NCBI GenBank assembly: GCA_964252035.1
Contig: OZ176200.1
Source: Podarcis erhardii
Lineage: Eukaryota
Reading direction: 5' to 3' (one strand)
Length of the DNA stretch: 64,000 nucleotides
Shown here one piece after another: positions 50,795 through 64,000 of this stretch; the first letter of the stretch is position 1, and each line of letters opens with the position of its first letter. The position numbers and the translations under genes are program-made. The notes beneath the pieces were generated by a model, which worked only from the letters and a program-made list of their open reading frames with translations, had not been told where the DNA came from and did not search any database.

Positions 50795-51290
50795 CAACTT
50801 TTAGAATCCCTAATCTGTCCTGATTGCCCAATGCCAGGAACACATACTCTAGATTCTCTCCCACAACTGGACAGAGAGCCTGGAGATAGAGAGAATCTCT
50901 ATAGATCGCAGCAATGCCCCCTCCCCAATCCTTGAATCTGGCCTGATGCTGCACTGAGTACCCAGGTGAGCACAACTCCACCCCACTGTTCACCCACCCA
51001 GGTTTCAGTAATACATGCCAGATCAGCCAGATCACGGATGAGGGAGATTTTATTCTGGACCAACCTGGCATTCAACAGCAGCAGTCACAGACCCGAGGGC
51101 TGGCTGATATGACAACCACAGTTTCCCAGGTTGGATGAGGGGCTGGCACAAGGCACAGTCACTAACTGTCTATGCCATGTGCCACTTACCCGGCCTGCCC
51201 TTCCTCCCATGCCATACGTCTCCCTATCCAGAACCACTGTAACTGGGTCTCCCCCACTCCTCACATCCCAGGCACATCCCACAAACAACT
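50795..51290 (-). mobile_element. Degenerate L2-clade ORF2 N-terminus (AP endonuclease)
   Basis: ELCSPGYSVQHQARFKDWGGGIAAIYR...LGNQDRLGIL resembles the endonuclease of lizard L2 elements. Confidence 0.65.
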
Positions 51291-52445
51291 CAGTTAAATA
51301 CAGTTAAAACACACACACACCCAAAAAATTTTAAGGATATAAAAAACAATTTAAAAGCAATTTAAAAGAAGAAGCCCTCTCTGCTGGGCAGCAGCAGCAG
51401 CAGTCCTTATAAAACCTGTCAGGCCCCGCCCTGGGCCAGATGGGTAGAGGCAGGAGCAGGGCCCTCCGGCCCTCAGCAAATCTGTGCAGGGATGCCCAGT
51501 TCTTTCATTCTGCTTCTTGCACTTGCTTCATGTTACCATTCAAGGGTGACATAACATAAGAAAAATGGATCTAAAGAGGATGAATTGGAAAGGAGTTTAA
51601 AAGGGCAAAACATATCTGAAGCCGGAGCAGCACAGACTATTGTATATGTGTGTGCACTTCTTTAGGTTGCAATCCTATCCACATTTATTTGGGTACAAAC
51701 TCTCTGTGGGATTTACTTGCATAAGACTGAGCTGTGGGTTCATAAATAAAGATTGCTAGTGATTATCAGTGCTAGCTGCTAGCTTTACTGTACTAAAAGT
51801 TTTGCATCCTCTCACTCAATCACATCTCTTGTTGCCCTTAGTTAGCAAAATATGCTGATAGCTTTAATTATTTCACTACAAAAATATCAGCAACTGAGAC
51901 AGACACATAAAAAAGGATATGGATTTCTGAGTATTAAGAGAGGATATTCTTTTGCATAATGTAATTCCGCAGGTCTTTGTTACAAACTGCAATAGACATC
52001 TAACCAAAATTCTCCTACCAGAGTACTAGGACTCAGCTATAAAGCTGCAATTAAAACATTTTAAGTGTGTTTTAAGTGCAATATACTATGTGACACTAGA
52101 TGGAGATGGTGAGACTTATGGAAAATTCAATGTATTTTTAAAACCTCTTTTTCTTTTTTAAAAAAGCATTTTCAGAAGGGATTTATATGTGTGTTGATTG
52201 CACCCTAGTCACCCAAGTTATTGAAAACTTTCCAAGAGCTCAATAACTAGGTACAACTGTCTGGACTCTGGAATCTTGCTCTCTTCCTCAGAACTAGTTC
52301 AAGAGCAGCTGCTACATATGAACTAACTGAGAAATGGGTCATCACCCAATATAGCTTGCTGAAAACTGCTGATGTAACCACATGCCCTCATGAAGTCATC
52401 ATCAAAAGAAATTTTAAGCTGAACATTTGAAATACTTTTAGAATA

Positions 52446-52706
52446 CAGTGGACGCTCGGGTTGCGAACATGATCTGTGCAGGAGGCATGTTCTCAACCCG
52501 CAGTGTTCGCAACCTGCAGTGCCATGTCTGCGCATGTGCGGGTTGCAATTCGGCACTTCTGTGCATGTGCAAAGCACGATTTTGTGTTTCTGCGCATGTG
52601 CGAGCGCCGAAACCCGGAAGTAACCAGTTCCGGTACTTCCAGGTTCGGCACGGTGCGCAACCCAAAAATGCATGACCTGAAGTGTCTATAACCCGAGGTA
52701 TGACTG
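52446..52706. mobile_element. Tigger-like MITE of a different family
   Basis: CAGTGGACGCTCGGGTT ... AACCCGAGGTATGACTG termini; TA TSD; GC-rich interior. Confidence 0.75.
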
Positions 52707-55083
52707 TAGTTCTAGAATTTTCCAGAGGATGAGATGAATGGGACACCCAGGGACGGCCTGTCTATTGGGCAAGGTGAAGCCATTTGCTTCAGGTGGCAGA
52801 GCTTACCACTTCTCCACCCTACCCCCTCCGTTGTGCCACTGCCAGCCCCCCAGGGCTTTGCCTGCCCCACCAACACAGCCCTGTATCCCAGCATTCACAC
52901 TTCCCGTCAACATTTCCTGGGGGAAATGCTTGAAAGCAACTTCAGGGGTGGGTTGTTTAATTCTAACACTTATGAAGATGAAATCATACAGTTACTATGT
53001 AAAGATCATACAGTCACAAAGAGAAACACATACAGCCTTAACTGCTCTTTATCCACTGGTACACATCTTGGCATTCATCAAGTCTAAGCAGCTGGCCAGC
53101 AAGCCTTGACTCATTTTATAAGAAATAAAGTGTATCTTGGACACAATAGTACTTTTCTTTGTGGATGAGTGTCACCAGTGAATCACCAGAAATGAAAGTC
53201 TTCTGATTAATATGTAAATATCAACCAGGAGAATTTGAATCACAGACTCCTTTATTAAGTCTTGTTCCTGACACAGCGTCCCTTGCTCCTCTTTATGATT
53301 TACCTTGTATCATTTATTCTTCTCATTTGTACACAGGTCTGAACAGGATAGTTTGACTGTCATCAGATGCTGTGGTATCTATGAGTGTAAATTGTTTCAA
53401 CTCGTTGATAATACAGAATTATTTGGAAACCATTAAAATGGTTACATTGAAAACCTACAACTCCTCTGCCTCTTTTTTATTTCTTTTATGAAAGGTTAAA
53501 TGGAAGGCAATGGCATTTGCTTTTCTTGTGCATAGAAGCTTGAGCTGTGATGCACACCATGGAGCCACAATTCTAAGCACTCTTAAAAACGACAGTTCCC
53601 ATGATCCGTTGGTGTGTACGTAGCCTAAGAGCATTGCAGTAGCTTTTCAGGACATTGTTAACCAGAGCATTTAAAGGAGGGAACCCCTGTAGGATGTCTT
53701 CTTTCCCCACTTGCTTTACCTTTGCTGAAAGATGTCTCATTCTTCCTGATGTTGACACTGTAGCTGCTCTTTCACATGTTGGCTTCCCCGTTTTTGTTTG
53801 TTTGTTCTCCTTTCCAAGAGTCCAAGTGCTGGTATAGGTTTCAGCCATCCATGCTGAATTCTAGGAACATCTGAACTGCTTGCTGCCTTTCCTGTTAACT
53901 GTCAAAACACCCACACCTTCCTTATGATAATATTGTTTGTTTTTCTCCTTCTTCCCCGAGTGGTGAAAAGTTCAGGGCAGCCTATGCAGGGTCAAAGAGA
54001 ACAGAGTGCCAATGTATTCAAAAACACTTTTGTAAGAGTCTGTTGAATCTCTATTTGCAGGAGTGTCAATCTTACAGGCTCAAAGCACAATCAGTGCAAG
54101 GCCCAGATCCAACAAGCTCTGATCTCCCAACACTCTGCAATGTGGTAGTTGGTGGTTACTGGACTTGGCAGGGCTGCTAGAGAGTATGGCTGGTGGGGTC
54201 ACAAAGGTGTGGCCAAGTTGTTCTGATCTCCTCTCCCTTGTGAAGACAACATAGACACTGAAGCACTGCAACTGAGCAAAGACTTGGTACCTAACTAAAC
54301 TGATATCCTGCATGTATACACTAGGAAAGGTAGGCAGGTTTGGAGACTGTGTCCCTTTCAAAATTTATCCGCTTCACTAGCTTAATTGTTCCCATTCCCT
54401 TAACAGCCCATAACGTTTGCTTCTGCAAGCTTCATATAAAATTTAGCAGATTGGAGCCTGAATTTTGAATTTTCTGCCACTCTTGCATAACATAATTTTG
54501 GTGGTTGCTCTCTGGTTTTCTTTTTTTTTACAAGGTGCTCCCCAGAAGTGCTTCACTCTGAACTTAGCTTCCTGGACTAAGTCACTGTTACTCCACAACT
54601 CTGAGTTCCCATGAGAAAATGATGCCCTTTCACTGTTCATGACAGGACTATCCTACCGTTTACAACACAAAGAACACTCACCTACAGCAATTATGCACAT
54701 AACAAGTGAATAGTTCCTTTGAACTCCAAGGTTTTATTCACTCCATAAAGAGACTTGGCCTGCCAGTCCCAAGCCTACCTAAGTCACTTGGCCTTACATA
54801 ATGGTCTTGCATTCACCAGATGAACTTTATTTCAAGATTGCCCGGTTTAAGGGAGTGCCTCTCACAATGCCATCTCTGTGTGAATTTCTGGGTTTGTTTG
54901 CTTTATAACAGAATATTATAGGCTATCAAAATGCAATGCAGGACAAGTACTATAGGTCCAAAGGCATCCCTAGGAGTTAGTGAAGTTGGCCCCCACTAAG
55001 GGCGCAGACCCACCCCCACATGACTTAAATTTATTATAGTTTTATATAATTACTCTGCAGTATGAGAAGCTGACTCTATAGAT

Positions 55084-55338
55084 CAGGGGTCAGCAAACTT
55101 TTTCAGCAGGGGGCTGGTCCACTGTCTCTCATAACTTGTTGGGGGCTGGACTATATTTTGGGTGGGGGAAAATAATGAACAAATTCCTATGCCCCACAAA
55201 TAACCCAGAGATGCATTTTAAATAAAAGGACACATTCTACTCATGTAAAAACACACTGATTCCCGGACCGTCCGCAGGCCAGATTTAGAAGGCGATTGGG
55301 CTGCATCCGGCCCCCAGGCCTTAGTTTGCCTGCCCATG
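55084..55338. mobile_element. hAT (Charlie-like) MITE
   Basis: CAGGGGTCAGCAAACT / AGTTTGCCTGCCCATG termini; 8-bp TSD CTATAGAT/CTGTAGAT. Confidence 0.8.
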
Positions 55339-56451
55339 CTGTAGATCCTTCTGCACTACTGATATCTGGGTCTTTATTTGTGTTGTATATTTTGTAAAAC
55401 TTCTAAAAAAGGGATTTTTGTAGACGTTGCTTTGCTGAAGAACTACACTGCAAAATTTGGAGATGTGCAAAATTAAAGGGTGGTGATGTTTCAGTTCATG
55501 TATTATTTCAGAAAGTGTGAATGAGGTAAGTTCCCCTTTTAAGGCAAACCAAACTGAATCTCTCACGCATCCCTAATGCAGACCCAGCATCAGCACCTGG
55601 CGTGGTCAGGAGCCCAGGAGACCCACAGGGGCTGAGCTGTTCCCACAGCAAACTCTCCTGCACCATTTTAACATTTAATAGGGTGGGGAAAAGTGAAGTG
55701 CTGGCTGAGGCTTCCCACCATCTTGATTTTCCTAGAATGCCTGCAATGTCCTCCAGCCCCTGGGGCAACTGAGATTTGCAGACCATCTTGAATGGGGGAG
55801 GCCCTGGCACAGGGGGCCACAAGTTCCATGAGCAGGTTTATGGTTGAGCTGTGTGCCTGAATATCTTAGGTCCAAATTCAACACTGGGACATGTTGGGTC
55901 CATGCATAATCCGAATGCTTTCCTTGTGGGTGAATGTTCTTTATTTATTGTTGCACAAAGAAATCAAATGTCGCAATATTTCACATTCTGCTAGCAATGG
56001 CACAAGAAAGCCAATGTGCCAGATAAACTTAGGAAGATAAGGAAGTGCATAGCTAGAGTGCATATATTATCATCACAATGAGATGCCATTGTTTATGGAA
56101 CAAACAAAATCTAATATGCAAGCAGATGGTCGGTCCGGATAGGTAAATAAGAAAGGCTAGGGCTTAAGGCTGAGAATGAACAATAGCCCCGGAAGAAAGC
56201 ATGCCACCCCCTTTGACCAGACTTCCATCCAGGAAGCGCAGGCCGTACTATAGTCATCCTGTATCCTGTTCTCCGTCTAAGGGCATAGATTCAGTTCCAG
56301 TTAATCATACTAGCCCTGCTTTCCTGCATAGAGACGCTGCCGATAGCAGAATTACAATGGGAAATGTTTCTCTGGGATTCCTCTGCACTGTCTGAAAAAT
56401 GAAGGGGGACTCAGAAATGAACGTTTGGGGTGCAGAGCAGAATGAGCATGC

Positions 56452-56625
56452 AAAGCTGCCTTAAACTGAATCAGACCATTGATTCAACTAGCCCCCTTCT
56501 GTCTAAACTGGCAACAACTCTCTAGGGTCTCAAACAGATAGTCTTCCCTGCAAGATGCTGAGGACTGAAGCTGGTACCTTCAGGATGCAAAACACGTCCT
56601 CTGCCCATTGAGCTAAATCCCTTCC
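56452..56625 (-). mobile_element. Degenerate Squam3/MIR-like SINE
   Basis: Reverse complement shows a TAGCTCAATGGGCAGAG head and an ...TCTGATTCAGTTTAAGGCAGCTT end. Confidence 0.5.
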
Positions 56626-58194
56626 CTGTATGTGGCTCTTTTTTTCCCTTTTTGCTTCCTACTTCACTTGTCTCATACGTCAGGAAAATGGAGCAGACTA
56701 GAGCCTTTTGTGGAGAACAGAGTTGCCAGAATTAATGTGGATCACCAGAGCTCCCATGCCTTTGACAATTTGTGTGCGGAAAGGAATTTGACGGACTGAG
56801 ACTTCTTTTAACAATGTAGTACCGTGATGGGAGAAGCGACATGACTGCAAATGAGGAATTATGTGACATTTTGCATTGATTTTACTAGGCAAACAAAGGT
56901 AGAAAATGCCCATTATTATTAAAGCATTCATTGATTTAGAAACACCTTGCTTGAAATACCATTATCCACTTGGTCCATTATTCTAGATCGATTAGGTCAG
57001 TTACTTATTTATTTAACTGCTTCAGATAGTAGAAGTCTCTAAGTGGTTTACATAAAAACAATAAAAATGCAACAACATTCAATAAAATTTCCCAATAATA
57101 AGATAAACATTATATAAAAACTGAGTGGTGCACAAAACAAAAATAAAATTGAATTAACAGTAAATTTCTGGGACTTTACAAAGGTGTTGGAATCTTGGCA
57201 GAACTACAGTTCCCAAGGTTAATTTGAGAGTGCCGTATCTCCAGTGTGAGGAAACACTTTCCAGTGCTTTCCAACATAGGCAACCCATTGGCATTTCAGT
57301 GGTTACATGCCAATGATGGTTGGGGATTTTCCCTGTGCATAGCAAGCCACAGTCCCCAGCCACAGAAACACTGGAGGTTTCAACATTTACCATATATCTC
57401 TCCACCCAGGCAAATGGCAATACTACAGTCCATAGACATATTCCAGCCACGTCAAAGGAGGGCCAGGGAGGGATGTGGCTAAAGCTTGTGTGACACATTT
57501 TTATAGCCATTTCCTGTAAGTTTATAGATGAGTTTACAGTCATTTGTGAAATCTGGCACTACTGCAGGTATGTGGTGTGGGCAGCTAATTTCATGTTTAG
57601 CTTCATGCGTGCCGTGTGCGTGGGAGGACACCCCCTGGCCCCATGTGTCACATAGGCCTAACTTGCACACATATTCTGCATTACACTAATGAGTTTACAT
57701 TGTTTCCTTCACAGCAACATTGGCATCTTTTAGTGCAAATAATATATAATCAGAGGGTTCTGAGAGGAAGGAAGAGGACTGGCTATATATGGTCGCCTTC
57801 ATTTGTAGGAAGTTGAGAAACACCATAACTGTTTTCACATTTCCTAGCGGGAAGAAAGAGAGGGGAAATGACTGTGGGTCGTGCTTTCCTGAGCTAAACT
57901 AAGCAACATAGGATGCAGGTCTGTTAAGAGCTGTGCTCCCTGAAATGCCCACATCAGCAAAAAAGGTGAGTGTGTTTGTGTGCAAATATTCCTCCATGAA
58001 AAGGTGGCGTGTTTTTCCAACACAGCGCTTCCTCTGAATGCACTGTTAACCTCCTGCTTTTCTTGACGAACATCATCCAATCGGTAGATCAAAAAGGATA
58101 GCGCTTAAATGGCTTGCTCGCAAAGCTGCAGGTTCACGTAACAACACAGAGGGAACTTCAGGCCTGCCTGTGACCCTCCAAGCTTCTTTGTCTG

Positions 58195-58452
58195 TGCTAT
58201 GTACTGAAGTTCTCACCCTGGGCCAGCAGGGGGATACTGTAGATAGTTCAGGTCCACATATGCAAATAAGGGATCAAAAGTGACGTTCAGTGATTGGATA
58301 GTTACAGAAAGTTGTTACAGTTACGTTGTACTGGAGCTCTATATAAGCAGGCTGGCTGAACCCTTCAGTTCAGTTCTATTCTGACCTGTGAATAAACAAA
58401 AACTGTTTGGAGAATCGCTGTGTCGTCTGATATGTTCACCCACAACTTAACA
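58195..58452 (+). mobile_element. Solo LTR (258 bp)
   Basis: TG...CA ends; perfect 5-bp TSD GTCTG; octamer ATGCAAAT at 58260, TATATAA at 58340, AATAAA at 58391; start resembles the LTR at 26910. Confidence 0.85.
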
Positions 58453-58809
58453 GTCTGGCACTTGGGGCTCTCTCTAGGCCACACACCTTTCTGCCCCTGC
58501 TCTGTGCCCTCAAGTGATTTTGCCTGGCTTGAACGTGTTATTCAACTGTGCTAATTTCTCTTGTTTGGATGGAGAGATGGAGAGGGGCATGTAGGAACCT
58601 ATGGCTTTTGTGGGGCTGGAATGTAGCCCACTGCACGAAAGCAAGAGCCTCATCCATTGCCTCTGGCCCTGTCTAGCCCCTGAAAGGATATCCATAAGGA
58701 ATGCATCCATCATGCTGATAAAAGACTGTGGTCACTTTCACACCATGCCATCTTCCACTTTAAGCAGTAATGAATTCCCCCCCCCCCCCAAATAATGATG
58801 GGAGCCATT

Positions 58810-58960
58810 GTTTGTTAAGGGTGCAGAGAGTTGCTAGGAAATGCCAATTCCCTTCCCAGAGCTTTTTAACAATCAATCCCCTTTCACAGGGAACTCTGGG
58901 AATCGTAGCTCAGTGAGATTAAGAGGGGTTTCCTAGCAACTCTCAGCACCCTTGACAAAC
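58810..58960. repeat. Fold-back (palindromic) non-autonomous element
   Basis: Arms 58810-58841 and 58929-58960 are reverse complements at 30 of 32 positions. Confidence 0.75.
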
Positions 58961-61117
58961 TACATATCCCAGAATTCTTTTGGGGGAAGCCATTGAAGGA
59001 CCACCTGAAGTGGTATCATAGTGCTTTAAATGTATGGTGTGAATGTGGCCTATGACCACCATCCCATTTACTATGCATCCAGTGCACTACCATCGCTGGT
59101 TTGGGAAGCAGTGTACACACGACATTAGTCACAATCTATACCTATTTTGTATTGATCCTGTTGCTTCTTATGAAATACTGCATTTTGCCGAAAACCAGCT
59201 GAATTGAGAAAAAGAATGGCCAGCCTGCATTGTAAGCCAGTAATGTGCACACAGTCAGATATTCCCCAGCCCTGACTTAACACACAAAAACGATGCATCT
59301 ATATTGTCTTTCAGCTTGTCGGAGGGAAATACTTCTTGCAATGGCCCAGAGGATATGTAAAATAAACAGGAAACCTTCACTATAATGTAGATGGCATGCC
59401 AGAAATACGTTCTCTTATCAAAGCAATGGGACCCTAAGTGGGAAGCGGTACTTAACCAGACAGCAAGGAAACCATTTATGCACCTAGCATAAGTTAGGAC
59501 TGATTGTGCCTTAAGATCTCCCTCAGTCCAGGCCCTGGCACTGCGTGACAAGATTCTCTTTGTTGAATGGTGTTTTGAATTAAAGTTCAGAGTATAATAC
59601 CCTCATTGTGACAACGAGGGATGAAATCAGCTTCTTTGCTCAGTGTACCAGCCAGAGAAAAACAGGAGCGCAACATCCCAGGGAGAGTCCTTGGCGCAGC
59701 TCAAACTGAGGAAGATTCCCAAAGTTCTAGTCTTACATGTGGATTTCCAAGCAGAAAAAAGGATGGTAAGGTGAGAGTTGAGGTCTTTGTACAAAAGAAC
59801 TGCACCTCCACACTGCCTAACCAGGGCGGCCAACTTGCTTTATGCGCATGGGCAAGTCATTGAAAATAATGTGTTCTTGACTATCTCAGATAACAATGGT
59901 TATCTGTTCGTTCCACTGATCTTAATTGGCTAGGTTTTACATGTTTTAATATACAGTACTCGTAGATCTGCTCAGGCCCCTTGAGATCTGGCCAGCTAAA
60001 AATCTAAATAAATGACTTCATAAATAAGGGGATGGTTAGGCATCTTAGCCTCCACCAGATCCAAGTGGAACCTTACACAAAAATGATGGAGAGGGAATTC
60101 TTGTTCTGATCACCCCTCGTTGTCTTCTCAACTTTATTTATTTATTTATCATTAAATTTGTATACTGCCCTTCATTGGACGATCTCAGGGCATGCAGCAC
60201 AAAAACACAAGATAACAATGCAAAATACATAATAAAAACAAGAACAGAACAAACCAATAACCCCCTCCCGCTTCTTTTCCCCATCTTCCTTCCACCACAA
60301 TTTGCAAGTTCCCTTTACCTCGTCTGCCAGAAGATGATGCAGAATTCAGAACCGGCAGTCCCAGTGTTTCACAGCATGTTAAAGAATCACTGCAGCAGGA
60401 TTTATGGTGCTATTTCAGGGAATATATGGAATGGGCCAAGATTTGGCAACTGTGACTGGATCCCATGATGCTTCCCCAACTGGGCAAGCAATGAGAGGGA
60501 GTACATAGAGGCAGCTGTGATGACACTCCGCTGTTTCTGAGTTGGTGCAGCATAGTGGCAGCTGCTGGTCTCAGTCAAGAGTGGCATAGCTACAAAATCT
60601 GCCAGAGGGGTAATGGTCAAGCATTTGCCATTCAGACACTTGCTTGAAGACAGCTCTGACTCATCCCCCAAAGAGCAGAGGAGTGACAGATTGACAGATG
60701 GCTCTGCCACGCAAACATCTCCTCCTGATGTCTCTAGCATATCTCTTCCGTTCTATGCCTCTCTGTGAGTTTCAGGCCCCAGACAGCTGCTGCTGTTAAT
60801 TATGATAACATTCCTGATCCAGGGATGGGAATTAGAATAATGAATTGGTACATAGTGGTAACTGTTTTGCTTTCTGGAGAAAATGCCTGTATTAATTTTT
60901 GCTAAGCAAGCTTCATTTACCACGTAATAGACTGTGGTTCAGATGGAATTTTTACCCAAATATATGGCCTTTTAAAGGAGAGGGAATTGTTTCATCTGGT
61001 GTTATATTTTGTACGTATCTGTTTGGTGGGAGGCCAGAAGAGTTTTGGAACATTGATTTCATCTGTTTGCTTCTTAATTTTTAGACTAAGCCTTATACCA
61101 GATCAGCACAGTTTAAA

Positions 61118-61668
61118 TGTCAGGAGCTGGAGTCAGGTGAAGGTCTGCAATAAAACAACAACAAAAAAACTGGTCTCTGTGAAGTTAACTCTTTATTCAC
61201 AAAAATCAAAACAATGCAAACCTAGTGATCCCAGAACTCTTCCCAGTAGTTCTTGCCCCATTGAGGCAGCTGCAAGGACTTCTTAGGTTTTTCCAAGCAA
61301 ATGTAGACTGTGCCTGCATTCAACCAATCTTTCCTTTGCCCTTTTCATTTCTCTCTGTGTTCTAGGAGACCAAGGGAGAGGGGAGCTGGTCTCAGCAGGA
61401 GGGGGAGTCTGCGTCTTTGGCCCCCTCCTCTCCAGCCCCCTTTTCTGCATCTGAGCCTGGCCTGCTCTCTGCCCCAGCCTCTTCTTGCTCACTAAACCCT
61501 GTTACCCTCTTTTGCTTCTGACACCTCTTCCTTCCAGTCTGCTCTCTCCTCTTCCTCTGCCCATTCAACGTTGTCCCACCACCAGTCCCCTGGCTCTGAC
61601 CTTCTTCTCCTGGGGGTTCCCTTGGGGGTTCCCCAGCTGGTGCCTCTACATCCAGCCAATCCATGACA
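61118..61668 (-). mobile_element. Probable solo LTR
   Basis: TGTCA...TGACA ends; minus-strand AATAAA near 61195; no matching TSD. Confidence 0.4.
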
Positions 61669-63012
61669 TTGACCCATGCCAGGGGCTGCTAACTTTCAGG
61701 GTGCATTTGAAAAGTTGACATGCCCTGCAACTTATACCATGGCCTGTTCTCTTGGCAGTAAAAGAATGCTTCTTTCAAGCTTAATTTCAGGGAGGGAGGT
61801 GGTTCTGTGGGCACATGTTTGCCTGTGGGCAGCATGTTGGTGACTCCTGATATATGCTGCGAGCTCTCACCTTTGGAGAATTCTTCTTTATGCCTCTTGT
61901 GCCTATTCACTGTCCAGAGCCATAAGCCAATTCTGAGATGCTTGGTGCCTGAGGTAGAAAATCCAAATGGCACCTACCAGAAGTAAAAATATCATAGTCA
62001 ATTAAATAACTAACAGTGTGCTGCTCTTTAATGGTTCACAATATCTGCCATCTGGAGCAGCTGCCTAATGGTGTGGCAGAGCCTCAAGCACAGGCTAAAT
62101 TCATTATTTTCAAAACTGAAAAAGAATTAAGCAGCTGATGTTTACGGGATACTGTTCCCTCCAGCTCCATATCAACATTTTCACAAGTCACATTCATTTC
62201 CACGTCTAGCTGTTTGTTCCCAACTTTGAGCAGAATGAGCAATGGCATTCAATTCTCTTTAACAGGAAGGGAACAAGATGACAGCAGTGTGTAAGTCCCC
62301 TGGGTGGGCAAACCAGTGACACCTCGTGGCAAAGACTGGAAGCGATGAAGTTAACAAATCAAGAGGTTTGGCAAGTCACAAGAAGAGGAATGCCTTCAAA
62401 AGACAAATGTAATGAGAATGGAATTTTAAATGCTGTGTTTCATTCACATTGCCTAATTCCCAACTCTAGTACAGCTTTGTTTCTGTTTCCATGTACTGAT
62501 TATTATATTTGTTTCTGATTTGTGCATGTAGCCAGAAGCCTAGAACATGCAAATTATGGTAGCAGAATTATTATTAAATAAATGTAATTATACCTTTCCC
62601 CCACCCTCTTAATTTACATAATATATATTGGTTAGAGCAAACAGACCCTCTGATTATGTTTAAATTGCCTGGATGCAAAACCTTGTTCTTGTTGTTTTTA
62701 CTGTTTTTTAAACAGTTTATACAAGCACACAGTGAGTAATGTGGTGGAATAACTTTTGAAATTATATTACCTCCGAAAAAATATTTTACATTTCCGCCTG
62801 CCCTTTCTCAAGGGGCTCAGAGCAACACACACATTTCTCAACTCAATTCTATTTTATATTCACAGCAAGAAAGGGTAAACAGAGAGATTATGAAGGACCC
62901 AAGAGCGCCAAGCAAACTTCATGGCTATATGAAGCTCTAAAACACAGATTAGGAACAGGACACATAAATGGCTGTCTTTGGTTGCCTGCCTGCTCTTTAA
63001 GATCCACAAAAA

Positions 63013-63139
63013 CAGGACTGGGGAACCTTTGGCCCTCCAAATGTTGCTAAACTACAATTCCCATCAGCCCTAGCATCGTCAGGTGTGATGGGTGTTGTCA
63101 TTCATCAACATCTGGAGGGTCAAAGGTTCCCTACACCTG
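63013..63139. mobile_element. hAT-type MITE
   Basis: CAGG...GGAACCTTTGGCCCTCCA / TGGAGGGTCAAAGGTTCC...CCTG inverted termini. Confidence 0.7.
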
Positions 63140-64000
63140 TACTAGAGAGACTCTACTCACAATCCCGCTGGTATCCAAGGTAATTTTGGCAGGGATACAG
63201 CAGTGAGCCTTCTCTGTGGCAACACCTAGCGGGTTGGACCATCTTACTCAGTGGTTGCTTCAAGACAACCTGTTTATTGAGCATTGCTCCTGATTTCTTT
63301 GCACACAAGTTACAGGAAGGTTAGGCTATTTATTGAGCGTACGTTCCAATTTATGGGGATGTTAGACAATGCTGTGTCTTACCATTGTCCTCCCACACTT
63401 TCCAGTGTGTTTCCCCATCACTTTCCCAATCACAAAGTGTCTGGCTTTGCAGGGAAATGGCTATATTGCACAAGAATCACTCAACTGTCATTGTGCAACC
63501 TGAGTTTGCTGGTATGTGGTTGATTCCCACCCCTAAATAGCCAGCCTGGGGTGGTTGTCTTGCTTCCTCTCTGATGGTTTTCTGTTGTCAGATGAGGACC
63601 TTCCTCTTTTGGCAGGCCAAACTGAAAGTATTTCTGATATTTTTTTATAGAACTAGCCCAGGTTGTGCTCATCTGCTGTGCCATCTTTTAGCATTTAAAT
63701 TCTTGTTGAGATGTTTGCGATTGTTTTCAAAACTGGTTTCAAGTCACCCTAAGTGATGGTGGTGGTGTTTCTCTTGCTTAAATGGAAGGGTGGGATGGAA
63801 ATACGTTAAATCAATAAATAATTAAAATAAAGGATACGGATTTGAACCCAGGTATCTCCAATTCTTGTCCGACTCCTTATCCCCTGCACTGCTTGGCAAT
63901 TCCAACCATGCGTTTGGAATGACAGTGAGTCACAGTATAAGAAATATAAATGACAAGGTCTTGTGGCACCTTAAAGATGTACAAATTCTGTTATGGGCTC

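Noticed and set aside
48340-64000. COMMD9 or another neighbouring gene
   Set aside because: I recognised no exon matching COMMD9 or any other protein; ORFs such as 60402-60740 and 59621-59863 lack recognisable homology or splice support.

Overview
Vertebrate (squamate reptile) genomic DNA; the Sauria SINE, Squam3-like SINE, L2, CR1 and Penelope repertoire suggests a lacertid lizard (inference). The only host gene I can support is PRR5L (Protor-2, mTORC2 component) on the minus strand. Six coding exons (26165-25996, 23954-23874, 19500-19452, 10676-10619, 6711-6620, 326-186) splice in frame to 591 nt = 197 aa, and the 3' exons lie beyond the left edge. One intron needs a non-canonical GC donor. 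A CpG-rich region at about 47.1-48.3 kb is the likely upstream promoter. The rest is intronic or upstream DNA dense in mobile elements: four Penelope-like insertions each carrying a minimal hammerhead ribozyme motif (all on the strand antisense to PRR5L), four Sauria SINEs, tRNA-head SINEs, L1/L2/CR1/RTE fragments, solo LTRs, and hAT and Tc1/mariner-type MITEs, many with readable target-site duplications (TSDs). Most ORF-track entries are spurious. Family names come from recalled consensus and protein motifs, not database searches. I found no clearly new biological system; the hammerhead-bearing mini-insertions are the most interesting signal.
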